64,000 bases of DNA from Synechococcus sp. (GTDB taxonomy: Bacteria > Cyanobacteriota > Cyanobacteriia > PCC-6307 > Cyanobiaceae), in contig JBJBDL010000003.1 of NCBI GenBank assembly GCA_047285305.1, forward strand, positions 1,248,001 to 1,312,000, given 5' to 3'. The notes under the pieces are model-generated. The model was given only the letters and a program-made list of their open reading frames with translations, was not told the DNA's origin and did no database searches. The position numbers were made by a program, and so were the translations under genes. Shown in pieces: positions 1-8,247 of the stretch; the first letter of the stretch is position 1, and every line of letters begins with the position of its first letter.

Positions 1-581
1 CTGCTATTGTATGTATATTGGTAGCGAATATTGCTTTTATATTCAATAGAATATTCGGATGAGTTTCCACTTAGTAAAATCGTATCTTCGCCGGCCTGGC
101 CATCCATCAAGTCATTGCCAGATCCGCCAACAATTAGATCATTACCTCCTTCTCCATAAATGATGTCATCGCCGTCATAGCCATAAAGCGTGTCGTTATA
201 TCTGCCACCTTCTATCTGATCTTTTTCGCCCAATAGAACATTTTCGTAAAGATGCCTGCCAGCCGATGATCCGCTCGCGATCTGCTCATATTGCCCTACA
301 TTTATTTTGAGCTTACGGCCTGTAATCCCTTGCCATATATTTACTCTATTGGCCCTGTTTGGATCACTAGCTGTGATGTCTTCAAGGCTTGAACTATGAA
401 GTGTATCTTGACTACTAAAATCAAAATAACCATAGCCATATAGTTCAGTTCTTCGTCCATTTCCCTCTAGAATCCACCACAGAGGAGCATCTCCGGTGCT
501 GTCGCTAAGCCGGTTGAAGTAAGTATCTCCCCAGCGATTGGAATGGCCTCTGGTCTCACTTGAGATAAATATGTATGTCAC
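1..581 (-). CDS. RTX/hemolysin-type calcium-binding repeat protein (runs off the left edge; missing from the ORF track)
   Basis: Manual translation from GTG at 581 stays open to position 1 and contains GGxGxD-type nonapeptides: IEGGRYNDTLYGYDGDDIIYGEGGNDLIVGGSGNDLMDGQAGEDTI. Low GC. Confidence 0.85.
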   Translation of the reverse strand, partial: MTYIFISSETRGHSNRWGDTYFNRLSDSTGDAPLWWILEGNGRRTELYGYGYFDFSSQDTLHSSSLEDITASDPNRANRVNIWQGITGRKLKINVGQYEQIASGSSAGRHLYENVLLGEKDQIEGGRYNDTLYGYDGDDIIYGEGGNDLIVGGSGNDLMDGQAGEDTILLSGNSSEYSIEYKSNIRYQYTYNS

Positions 582-679
582 TGTCGATCAGCCACATCTG
601 GTTGTGACTTTACTTGTTTCAAGTCGAGGCTGTCTCGCAAGTTCAGCAGATAAGCGTTGAGATCTTCTGCGGCCAATTC

Positions 680-859
680 TTAAAGCAGACCTTGGGCTTT
701 GAACATGGATACGACAGCCTCAAGCTGTTCGTCATCCCAGTGTGGCGACAACTGGTGGATGCACCGTTCCACCTGACGCTTGGTGATGCCTTTGGGTCGG
801 GACAGCCGTGGTGACAGAACAGGGCCGTCATCACAGATGTCGTCCAGAATGTTGGCCAT
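680..859 (-). CDS. Small hypothetical protein (59 aa, MANILDDICDDGPV...)
   Basis: Manual translation. A truncated paralog MTDILDDICDDSPF lies at 11510-11566. Confidence 0.5.
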   Translation of the reverse strand: MANILDDICDDGPVLSPRLSRPKGITKRQVERCIHQLSPHWDDEQLEAVVSMFKAQGLL

Positions 860-873
860 CTTTCAGATGCGGC

Positions 874-1107
874 GTGCGGAGGGTATTGCTGGCGTTGTTG
901 GTGGTGACAGCACTCCCAGTGCAGGCTGCAGAACCCATTCGGCTGCAGGTGATTCCTTATCAAGAATGGCCTCAGGCAATACCGGTACTGCCGTATTTGT
1001 ATGCGCCACCTCCGTCGCTTGTAGAACCAGTCAAGCCGAAGAAACGCAGGCGCAATAGCGGTAGGCACGAGGTCTGGGAGGACGATTTTGATTGGCTGAT
1101 GGACTAG
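874..1107 (+). CDS. Small secreted Pro-rich hypothetical protein (copy 1)
   Basis: Signal peptide VRRVLLALLVVTALPVQA. Same-length paralog at 11581-11814 with many synonymous changes. Confidence 0.7.
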   Translation: MRRVLLALLVVTALPVQAAEPIRLQVIPYQEWPQAIPVLPYLYAPPPSLVEPVKPKKRRRNSGRHEVWEDDFDWLMD

Positions 1108-1247
1108 CCATCACGCATCACCAGCTTTGTCGAGTTCGTTCTGCAGCCAAAGGCGCTGACGACTACTAGGACGATTGTGCTCTAAAAACTGCTCTAAAAA
1201 TTTAATGCTTTTGCTTTAGTCCTGTCGTGGCAATAGGTTTGAAGCAA

Positions 1248-1300
1248 AGAGCACCTGTATGGCATGCAGGGGGTCAGGAGTTCGAGTCTCCTTGGCTCCA
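1248..1300 (+). repeat. tRNA-Ala(GGC) 3' fragment, att-like direct repeat
   Basis: AGAGCACCTGTATGGCATGCAGGGGGTCAGGAGTTCGAGTCTCCTTGGCTCCA has the anticodon arm (GGC), T-arm and CCA, but no 5' acceptor strand. Confidence 0.85.
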
Positions 1301-1504
1301 TCTTCAAGAAAAGCCAGTCAAGTACTGGCATTTGAGCGGTCCACGCGGGCCGCTTTTTTGATGCCAAAACGCTGAACATCACTTTTGATGCGCAAAGTGA
1401 TGCGCAAAATCTTGGAGTGAGGGCGCTGAGCGGTGCTAGTGCCAAAAACGCGCTTTGTATCCCTACGAACGACGCAGGGGTTGACGCTCCCCCTATAAAA
1501 GATC

Positions 1505-1520
1505 TGTAGCAACCACTACA
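1505..1520 (+). promoter_or_regulatory. NtcA binding site
   Basis: TGTA-GCAACCAC-TACA matches GTA-N8-TAC, directly 5' of the riboswitch and conserved in the second copy. Confidence 0.75.
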
Positions 1521-1521
1521 C

Positions 1522-1580
1522 AACGTTCACCCCTTTCGAAGGGGCGCAGACACTCCAAGCCACGGAACGGGGACTTGGAA
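1522..1580 (+). ncRNA. Glutamine riboswitch, Downstream-peptide (glutamine-II) class
   Basis: CGTTCA-[CCCCTT/AAGGGG hairpin]-CGCAG...CCAAG-CCACGGAACGGGGA-CTTGG, with P1 CGTTC/GAACG plus a pseudoknot, upstream of a DUF4278 peptide. Confidence 0.85.
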
Positions 1581-1598
1581 TTTTCTGAGGAACTAACC

Positions 1599-1766
1599 AT
1601 GACTGCTCTTCTCTACAGAGGTCACTCCTACGAAGCTCCAGCAGCATCGCCCAAAGCTTGTATTGAGCTGACCTACCGCCGCGAGACTTACAACACCTGC
1701 CGCGAAGAAGTCGCACGCAATGCTCATCCAACCCTGACCTATCGCGGCATTGCCTACGCCAAGTGA
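1599..1766 (+). CDS. DUF4278 family peptide (55 aa)
   Basis: Repeated LxYRG motifs, GAGGA RBS, riboswitch upstream. Confidence 0.85.
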   Translation: MTALLYRGHSYEAPAASPKACIELTYRRETYNTCREEVARNAHPTLTYRGIAYAK

Positions 1767-1789
1767 TCCAGGCTTAATCAGAAGATCCC

Positions 1790-1821
1790 AAGCCCCTGCC
1801 TTCGGTGGGGGATTCTTTTTG
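1790..1821 (+). terminator. Rho-independent terminator
   Basis: CCCCTGCC-TTCG-GTGGGGG followed by a T-tract. Confidence 0.75.
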
Positions 1822-2166
1822 CCTACGAGCCAGCACTGACATGCCAAAAGGAGATGGGCTGGGCTCCTGAGGCGGGATAGTGATGCTTAGCAAGTCGAAT
1901 ATCTATAAGGTCCTGCTGACCAATCGACCCAAAACGCCTTTCAGTCGCCAGAGTCAGCTGGTTAATCAACACGAGCCCCTTTTATAGAGCTGCGGGGGCT
2001 CATTTTTTATTAAGCGAAGCCGCTGCCCTTGTAGAGGTGGCCTCGCCGCTCTCAGAAGTGCAAATCAACTGCAAGCAATACAGTTCCAACTCTTCTTAAC
2101 TTGTAGCAATTGCATCAACGAATACAAAGCAATTAGAGTATCCAAGCTTTTGGATGACGTGAAATC

Positions 2167-2454
2167 ATGAAGCGCCTTTTTTTTCTTGTGATAGCTCTTT
2201 TAACTACAGTTCCTGCAATTGCTGAAACCCGAAAATATGGACCTTTGATACTTGATTTTGGTCGTGCTCGGAAAATGGGGCAATCAATTGTAGTTCCAGG
2301 GATAAACCCTCAGAAGCAGCCTCTTTATATCGCAGTTCTATGTGAAGTTCGTTTGTTTAATTTCACTGTCGCTGAATCAAAATGGAATGACTGGAATAAG
2401 CCTGCCAATATTCACGAGGCCAAAATAATAGCCGATGTCTGTAATTTTATTTGA
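2167..2454 (+). CDS. Secreted hypothetical protein
   Basis: 95 aa ORF with a signal peptide; AT-rich. Confidence 0.65.
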   Translation: MKRLFFLVIALLTTVPAIAETRKYGPLILDFGRARKMGQSIVVPGINPQKQPLYIAVLCEVRLFNFTVAESKWNDWNKPANIHEAKIIADVCNFI

Positions 2455-2662
2455 GACAAATCAATCCACCACTACTTCCCTATGAAGGTGAGAACTTGAA
2501 GAAGCGCAACTCTCGGCGCCGACGTGGCAGAAGGAGAATCGCTTTGCCCAACCCAGGCAGGAGCACCCCAACTCACGCCAACACCAATCAGTCACTGCCC
2601 TGTAGGTAGCCATGAGCTGAACGAGAGTCACCGCTAGCGAAAAGAAACAACGCCATGAATGA

Positions 2663-3094
2663 GTGGTGCGGCAGAGAGACGTCGGAATGGGTCTCAGCGA
2701 ATTAACTGCCTTTACCGCCGAAACATGGGGGTGCTCCAGGAGGCAGGTCCGCGATGTTGTCGCCAAGGCCAGCACGGTCCGCATCAGCACCATCATGCTG
2801 GAGCGGTTTGAGTCACTGGGCCGCGGCGCTTCAGAGGATTGGCTTTTTCCAAGTAATAAAAGGAATGGGCCATTGACCCGGCAGGGGGTGGTCGCTCGCA
2901 TGGCCAGATGGGGAAAGGCTGCCGAGGTGTACCTCTACCCGCACCGTTGCCTTCACACCTATGCCACTCATGCAATTCGGCGGAGGGTGGATGCTTTCAC
3001 GCTCTCGGCGACGCTCGGCCACAGCTCGACGGGAACCACGTCTAATTGCGTTCTTGCTGAGCGTGGTGAGAGTTCATCTCTCCGGCTGGGTTGA
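2663..3094 (+). pseudogene. Tyrosine recombinase/integrase C-terminal remnant
   Basis: WLFPS...PLTRQGV...PHRCLHTYATHA...LGHSSTGTTSNC. The HxxR motif is degraded, the catalytic Tyr position is Cys, and the N-terminal domain is missing. Confidence 0.8.
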
Positions 3095-3158
3095 TGGATC
3101 TTTCTGATGAGGAGCTGACCAAGCAAATCGATACCAATATCGGATGGTTCGGTCTTGA

Positions 3159-3654
3159 AAGGCAATGAGCGTTAAGGCTGATTGCCTTGTGCGTGCCCGC
3201 TGACGAGAGTGAATCCATCGAGTTCGGAGGCGCCAATGGCGGCAGACACTCCACCTGAGCAATCCGTAGAAGTCGCCTGACTTTTAGGTCCCTGCTCCAA
3301 CAGTTTCCACCCAACCGTGGGCTACTCGTCTGTGACGACACTGCAGTACGTCAGAACAGTCGACTCTCCTCTGCACCGTTCGTAGGTGCCCCGTAGGAGA
3401 CCAGCCCAACACCTGGACGCAATGGCCCCAGGAACCTGAAAGCCCGACACTTCGCCCGCCTCCAGCAATGGCATACGGCATGGCCCCTGTTCTGTCATCA
3501 CAGGGGTGTCGGAAGCGAGCAATAGGAGAGGTCACCCCATTCCTGTCGTAGGTGGGCTGGCCTCTCAACCCCTGATCACTCACGGGTTTAAAGATGCACA
3601 AGCGAGCGAGCTAGGCCGTCTCTTCCACCTGGGAGGGGCGGCCTCCCTCTTTGT
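3159..3654 (+). ncRNA. Candidate large structured RNA / micro-ORF element, copy 1
   Basis: Gap-free homology of 3159-3454 to 34773-35068, plus a conserved terminator block at 3594-3654. Confidence 0.55.
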
Positions 3655-4069
3655 GCCTACACAGAATTGGACTTTTCCCGCCCCCCCAACACATCCCCCC
3701 TCACTTTTATTGGTAACAACAGCGCCAATCGTTAATAACTAGCTAAAAGAGTCACAATAGTGAGTTACCCATGAATACTTCTCAGATGCTGATCGCATTT
3801 CTTGCGTTCGGTGCTTCTGCCAGTTCCATCGTCGCTTGGCGTTTTGCAGCGTCAAAGCTTTGGAGAGATGAGCCATGATTCCTGTCTCCACCTTAGTGCT
3901 GATGGCGCTTCTCAAGCCATTGCGAGTTCTTTCCGCCGTGCAGCTTGTGAGTAATTTCGGAACACGTCTCCGCGTAAGTGCCAAGCAACGCAGGGCTAAA
4001 AGCGTGAGCCTTTGTCTAGGCGACGTATGGCGAAAAAAAGCTGGTTAATACTGAGATGTTTTCCACTGC

Positions 4070-4453
4070 TTGTCCTCCAACGCAAAAATCAAAGCGAGTC
4101 TTTCTAATGCCCAGGGTTACGAGAACCAGTACCTCTTCCGCACTTGCGGAGCCGAACTTGGTTGTAGTCAGATTCCATGGCGGCGTTTTGAGGTCAGCAA
4201 CAACGTCCCCTCAAACCTCACGAAGGGTTCAGGGACCGACTTGTCGGCTGTCATCTAGGGGAATTTCGCCGATCTGCTGATAGGCCTGTAGGGGACGCTG
4301 GAGATCCTTGTGGACCCCTATTCGGACTTCTCAAAAGGCACGACAGGTGAGCGTGCTTTGCAGGCGATCGACATTGCAGTTCGAGATGCCGACTTGTTTG
4401 TGGTGAGGAAGGACGCGATCGCGCAACTTTCCTGTCACGGGCTGATCACCTGA
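4070..4453 (+). pseudogene. Phage major capsid protein (HK97-type) C-terminal remnant
   Basis: FEVSNNVPSNLTKGSGTDLSAVI*GNFADLLIGL*GTLEILVDPYSDFSKGTTGERALQAIDIAVR, with two in-frame TAG stops. Confidence 0.8.
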
Positions 4454-4508
4454 AATGTTGCAATCCGTGGGAATGGCTACGACATAGCTGTCCCCTTCCT
4501 CAAGTTCT

Positions 4509-4826
4509 GTGCAGCACTACTTAATCGTTTGGAGCTTCCCCACCGTTGAAGGGGCATGGGAGTCATGTCCAGGCTTTGCCGAGTACATCAATGCTGGAGC
4601 GCCTGGGGACAAGTTCGATGGATTTGAACTCAAGTACCGAGTATGTGAACCAGTGAGCGGCAGTGGTGTGGCGATTGCTGAGGCGAGTGATGTGGGGAAG
4701 GTCTGGGCTCATCTGGGCCCTTGGATTAAGGGTTATGGGATTGAATTTGAAGTGACCGCTGTTGTCTCTGATGCCCAGTTCGCAGCGATGTGGCCTGGCG
4801 TTGAAGCGGCCGCAGCAATCGAATAA
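4509..4826 (+). CDS. DUF3303 family protein
   Basis: 105 aa with the pattern ...GSGVAIAEASD..KVWAHLGPW...EVTAVVSD; terminator-like hairpins follow. Confidence 0.75.
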   Translation: MQHYLIVWSFPTVEGAWESCPGFAEYINAGAPGDKFDGFELKYRVCEPVSGSGVAIAEASDVGKVWAHLGPWIKGYGIEFEVTAVVSDAQFAAMWPGVEAAAAIE

Positions 4827-5354
4827 GCATTAAAATAATTAAGGATTTTGATTTGGGGGCAGCATCAGGTTGGCCCTATTTTTTGCCAAAATCAGAAGGC
4901 TCTGTTAAGTGTCACCTGTTGAGGTTTGGCCCTTTTTTGTGCTCACCTGCGAGTCAGGACAACCTTTCTGCTCGTCCCGCTGCCGTTGCAGTGCTTGCAC
5001 TTGTGACTTGTGATCTTGGTGTTGAATAGTGGCAGCCACATTTGTAGTGCTTTCGGTTCAGTAGTTATGTCTTGTTTTTATTGACAACTCACTACCAGCT
5101 CTGGTCAATCAGCCATTTCAACAGATATAGACTTACTAATAACTATCAGTGTCAACAGTCCAGCTTATTGATGACCTTTGCGCAAAGGTGCCCAACCCTG
5201 CCGATGACTCATTGAGCAGTCCGAAGTCACGGCGCTATTGGCGCGAACAGGGTCCTTCTGGGCCAATTCAACGTTGGTAATCCGGAGGCGCGTTGATCCC
5301 CTAAACAGTGGTTGTCAAAACATTGGACACTTAGGGGCATTGGGAGACAGAGAC

Positions 5355-5522
5355 ATGCAACTTATGAGTGTGAGTATCGCTGCAAGGCGCCTTGGATATA
5401 AGAGCTGTTCGCGGCTATACAAGCTGATGAATGATGGCTGGCTGGACGCGCACGTGCATGTACAGATGCCGAGTGAGCAGCGTTTGCTTGATGTTGATGG
5501 ATTAAAGAAAACTCTGCAGTGA
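5355..5522 (+). pseudogene. Excisionase/AlpA-like HTH protein, probably truncated
   Basis: MQLMSVSIAARRLGYKSCSRLYKLMNDGWL resembles an excisionase-type HTH. The frame continues past the TGA (FCQWRVDSVFL). Confidence 0.5.
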
Positions 5523-5592
5523 TTTTGTCAGTGGCGTGTCGATAGTGTCTTTCTTGGGCGACAGAAGTCGATCCTGCGGCGGGAGATTTTGA

Positions 5593-5979
5593 CTATTGCT
5601 GCTCGTCTTCTAAGCGTTGACGGTGTAGCGGTAGAGCCCACCAGATAAAAGCTTCTTTGTTACGAATTGTTCCTTTGTTGGCACATTCAATATCGGCAGC
5701 ATTCTTGTCTGACCAGGTAATAGTTTCTAGTCCCTCAAGCTTCGTGTATTTGCAGTAGCAGTGTGCTGTAGCTAGGTCCTCCATTAGTTCTGAGACTTCT
5801 CCCCACATGGTCATTTGAGTGTCCATGCAGGATTGGCGAAACTCTGAATACTTTGTAAGAGCCTCTGATTGATCAGTAGAAAGTTCAGGCCTTTTCTCTT
5901 TGTCATACCAACTCCCATCAAATGCAATGGCTGGATCTGCCAAGACCAGTGGGACCAAGAGCAGTAGTAGTCGTTTCAT
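5593..5979 (-). CDS. Secreted hypothetical protein with Cys residues
   Basis: 128 aa, signal peptide MKRLLLLLVPLVLADPAIA. Confidence 0.7.
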   Translation of the reverse strand: MKRLLLLLVPLVLADPAIAFDGSWYDKEKRPELSTDQSEALTKYSEFRQSCMDTQMTMWGEVSELMEDLATAHCYCKYTKLEGLETITWSDKNAADIECANKGTIRNKEAFIWWALPLHRQRLEDEQQ

Positions 5980-6092
5980 GTCGTCATTTTGCCGCTGACT
6001 ATTGCTGTTTCATCATCTGCTCCTGACGCTTGCTGCGCGATGCCTTGTGATTGCCGCTCGCTCTCTAGTAGACCTTGCGACCCGACTTTGCT

Positions 6093-6215
6093 TCAGAGTT
6101 TATTGAGATTGATCTGTTGAGGCGGAAGCTTGTAGGAGCGGGCATAAGACCTTCTGACGATCCTCCTCAGCAGCAGGAAAGTCATGGCCATCAACAGCAG
6201 TAGAAGGGCTTCCAC
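6093..6215 (-). CDS. Small membrane peptide (40 aa)
   Basis: Manual translation from GTG: VEALLLLLMAMTFLLLRRIVRRSYARSYKLPPQQINLNKL. Confidence 0.4.
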   Translation of the reverse strand: MEALLLLLMAMTFLLLRRIVRRSYARSYKLPPQQINLNKL

Positions 6216-6277
6216 GGCAACAATGTGTCCCTATACCTCGTGATCCCTGATCAGGCAGATGGTGCTGTCAGCATCAC

Positions 6278-6466
6278 TCATGCGATTAGGGGCCTGCCGT
6301 GACGAACGATCGCAGTCACTTCGTTAGTGGTCGCGTCAACCACCATGTAAGTGCACATCAGCGCCTTCGACTTTGTGCGGGCACACAGGTAAGCCCTGAA
6401 TTCCGTTTGGAAGTAGAGCTCTTTGACCCAACGGTCGGGAGCTTCTTGCTTGACGACGTTGTACAC
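6278..6466 (-). CDS. Small hypothetical protein, paralog of 6551-6775
   Basis: Shared PDxW-x5-F-x-TEFxA-x3-AR-x-KS motif. Confidence 0.7.
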   Translation of the reverse strand: MYNVVKQEAPDRWVKELYFQTEFRAYLCARTKSKALMCTYMVVDATTNEVTAIVRHGRPLIA

Positions 6467-6550
6467 GGCTATTGCCTGGAACCTTGCTCTAGCAATGCCT
6501 TTGATGTGTCAGTCCAAACCACGGAATTTCCGCTGTTTGGGAACCAGCAG

Positions 6551-6775
6551 TTATCCAACGAGTCGGTCGTCTTCAGCTAGGACTGCTTTCCCTTTTGAAA
6601 TCCTCAGCACCTCACCTGAGTTGCCGCGACTTTCGTAGATGACTCGATAGAGCCCGAAAGTATTCAGCGATTTGGCCCGAGCGTTGGTGAACGCCTTGAA
6701 CTCAGTCTCGAAGCACTGCTCCTGAAACCAAATGTCGGGACCATCGCTTCGTTCGACGCAGTACATCATCTTCAT
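6551..6775 (-). CDS. Small hypothetical protein, paralog of 6278-6466
   Basis: Shared motif with its neighbour. Confidence 0.7.
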   Translation of the reverse strand: MKMMYCVERSDGPDIWFQEQCFETEFKAFTNARAKSLNTFGLYRVIYESRGNSGEVLRISKGKAVLAEDDRLVG

Positions 6776-7296
6776 CGCTTGTGCAGTCAGCTTGGTGAGG
6801 GCAGAGCTGTTTGCTTGTCATCTCCAAATGAGCTTTGGGATCATGTCTTCAGTTGGCGACCAGTGAGCAAATGACCCAGTCAGCCTCAGGTGCTTAGCTC
6901 GTCTCCATCTGTAGTGCTGGGGTGCAGAGAATAGTTGTGGCATGCCCACCCAAAGCGCTACGGCACACTTGGGGGACAAGGGCCAGAATCACCTCCAAGG
7001 AGATCGTCGGTTGTGATCAAGAAAGTGATTGAAGCAATTGTCTGCATGGCGATTGGAGCTGCCTTGTTTGCTGCCAACCCCCGTGTGGGGCAGCGCGGCG
7101 GTCTCTATCTGTACAGCTGTACAGCCGGATTGGGTTTGCAGTGGGCTGAAGCTAGCAACCAACCTGTTTTGCTTAGGAAGAAGCCCAAACTCTGCAAATG
7201 CTGATAGCTCCTTTTATGAGTAGACCGTTGAGAAGGCCGGCTTTTCAATGAAAAAGCCGAACTTGTTCAGTGCCAGCAGTTCTTCTCGCGGTTAGA

Positions 7297-7365
7297 CGCG
7301 TCACCTAATCGAATCGCTAAAACGGTGATCCGCTGCAGCTCATAGAGCAGATCACCTGAGCCAAG
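7297..7365. repeat. GGTGATC-hairpin motif copy A
   Basis: AATCG-N7-GGTGATC-N19-GATCACC-n-GAGCCAAG; also at 8522 and 10788. Confidence 0.7.
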
Positions 7366-7445
7366 TCGACCACCCTCTCGTGGGGAAGTGCCTCTGTTGA
7401 AGTCATGGTCCTGATGGTTTTGCCTCTGCCGTGTCGGATAGGTGT

Positions 7446-7649
7446 TCAGTCAACCAGTTCAGTGTCTTTGCGGACAAACCAGTCGTTCTCATCCGCGAAT
7501 CTCTTATCGATTCGGCGCCGAGTCTCAACAACGTGTCGGCGTTGTGCCCACAATTCGCCAACGAACTTTGCGAGTCGTTCCCGGTGATCCCCAGGCTGCA
7601 TTGGTACCGAGGGATCCTGTTCCGTTATTTCTGGATATCCAGAGGTCAT
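7446..7649 (-). CDS. Small hypothetical protein
   Basis: 67 aa ORF with a plausible charged helical composition. Confidence 0.45.
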   Translation of the reverse strand: MTSGYPEITEQDPSVPMQPGDHRERLAKFVGELWAQRRHVVETRRRIDKRFADENDWFVRKDTELVD

Positions 7650-7773
7650 TTAGATCGAGATGGTTGAACTCAACCCTTAGCTAGATCTTTGGTTGGAGGC
7701 CATTTCCCAAAAAGAAACCCCGGAGGTGTCTCCGAGGTTGCTAATCCTTTCGGTTGATCCCCATCACCCGACC

Positions 7774-7807
7774 GGACTGGACTGGACTGGACTGGACTGG
7801 ACTGGAC
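7774..7807. repeat. (GGACT)n microsatellite, 6 full units plus GGAC
   Basis: Read directly from the sequence. Confidence 0.95.
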
Positions 7808-8128
7808 AAAACTAGCCTCGTTGGACTCAAAACTGCCAACAAATCCATATTCCGGACATAGTGCAGTGAAGTTCTGTACCGACTCTTAAGACACCAAGTG
7901 TGGGGCTAGGCAGTGGCTAAGAGCTGGGCCATATTGTCAGTTCCCCCATCACCTGGCCCGATGTGCGCGTCACAGCGGGTTTTTTTATGCCTGAACCACT
8001 AGCAGTAGTGCTTTTGAGGCGTTTTAAGGCTCGAAGCTGCAGGCAGGTCTACTGGGTCTGTGGATACGCGAGGCAAAAAGAAACCCCCGCCGAAGGCAGG
8101 GGCTTGAGATCTTCTGATTAAGCCTGGA

Positions 8129-8230
8129 TCACTTGGCGTAGGAAACGCCGCGGTATGTCAAGGCAGGCTTGTTGGAGTCGCCAGCAACTTTTTGCTGGTC
8201 GTACTTCTGGCCGCGATAGGTCAGGGTCAT
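8129..8230 (-). CDS. DUF4278 family peptide (33 aa; missing from the ORF track)
   Basis: MTLTYRGQKYDQQKVAGDSNKPALTYRGVSYAK with a GAGGA RBS; terminator at about 8075-8105. Confidence 0.85.
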   Translation of the reverse strand: MTLTYRGQKYDQQKVAGDSNKPALTYRGVSYAK

Positions 8231-8247
8231 TTGTGGTTCCTCAGAAA

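Noticed and set aside
1230..1300. Complete tRNA-Ala gene
   Set aside because: The 5' acceptor strand and most of the D-arm are missing, so it was called an att fragment.
2102..2117. NtcA-like TGTAGCAATTGCATCA upstream of the 2167 ORF
   Set aside because: The right half-site is ATC rather than TAC and there is no supporting conservation.
3198..3225. CTGACGAG resembling a hammerhead ribozyme core (also at about 34814)
   Set aside because: The required downstream GAAA and stem II are absent (CGAGTT / CGAGAT).
3159..3454. DGR template/variable repeat pair with 34773-35068
   Set aside because: Mismatches are not adenine-specific and no reverse transcriptase is present.
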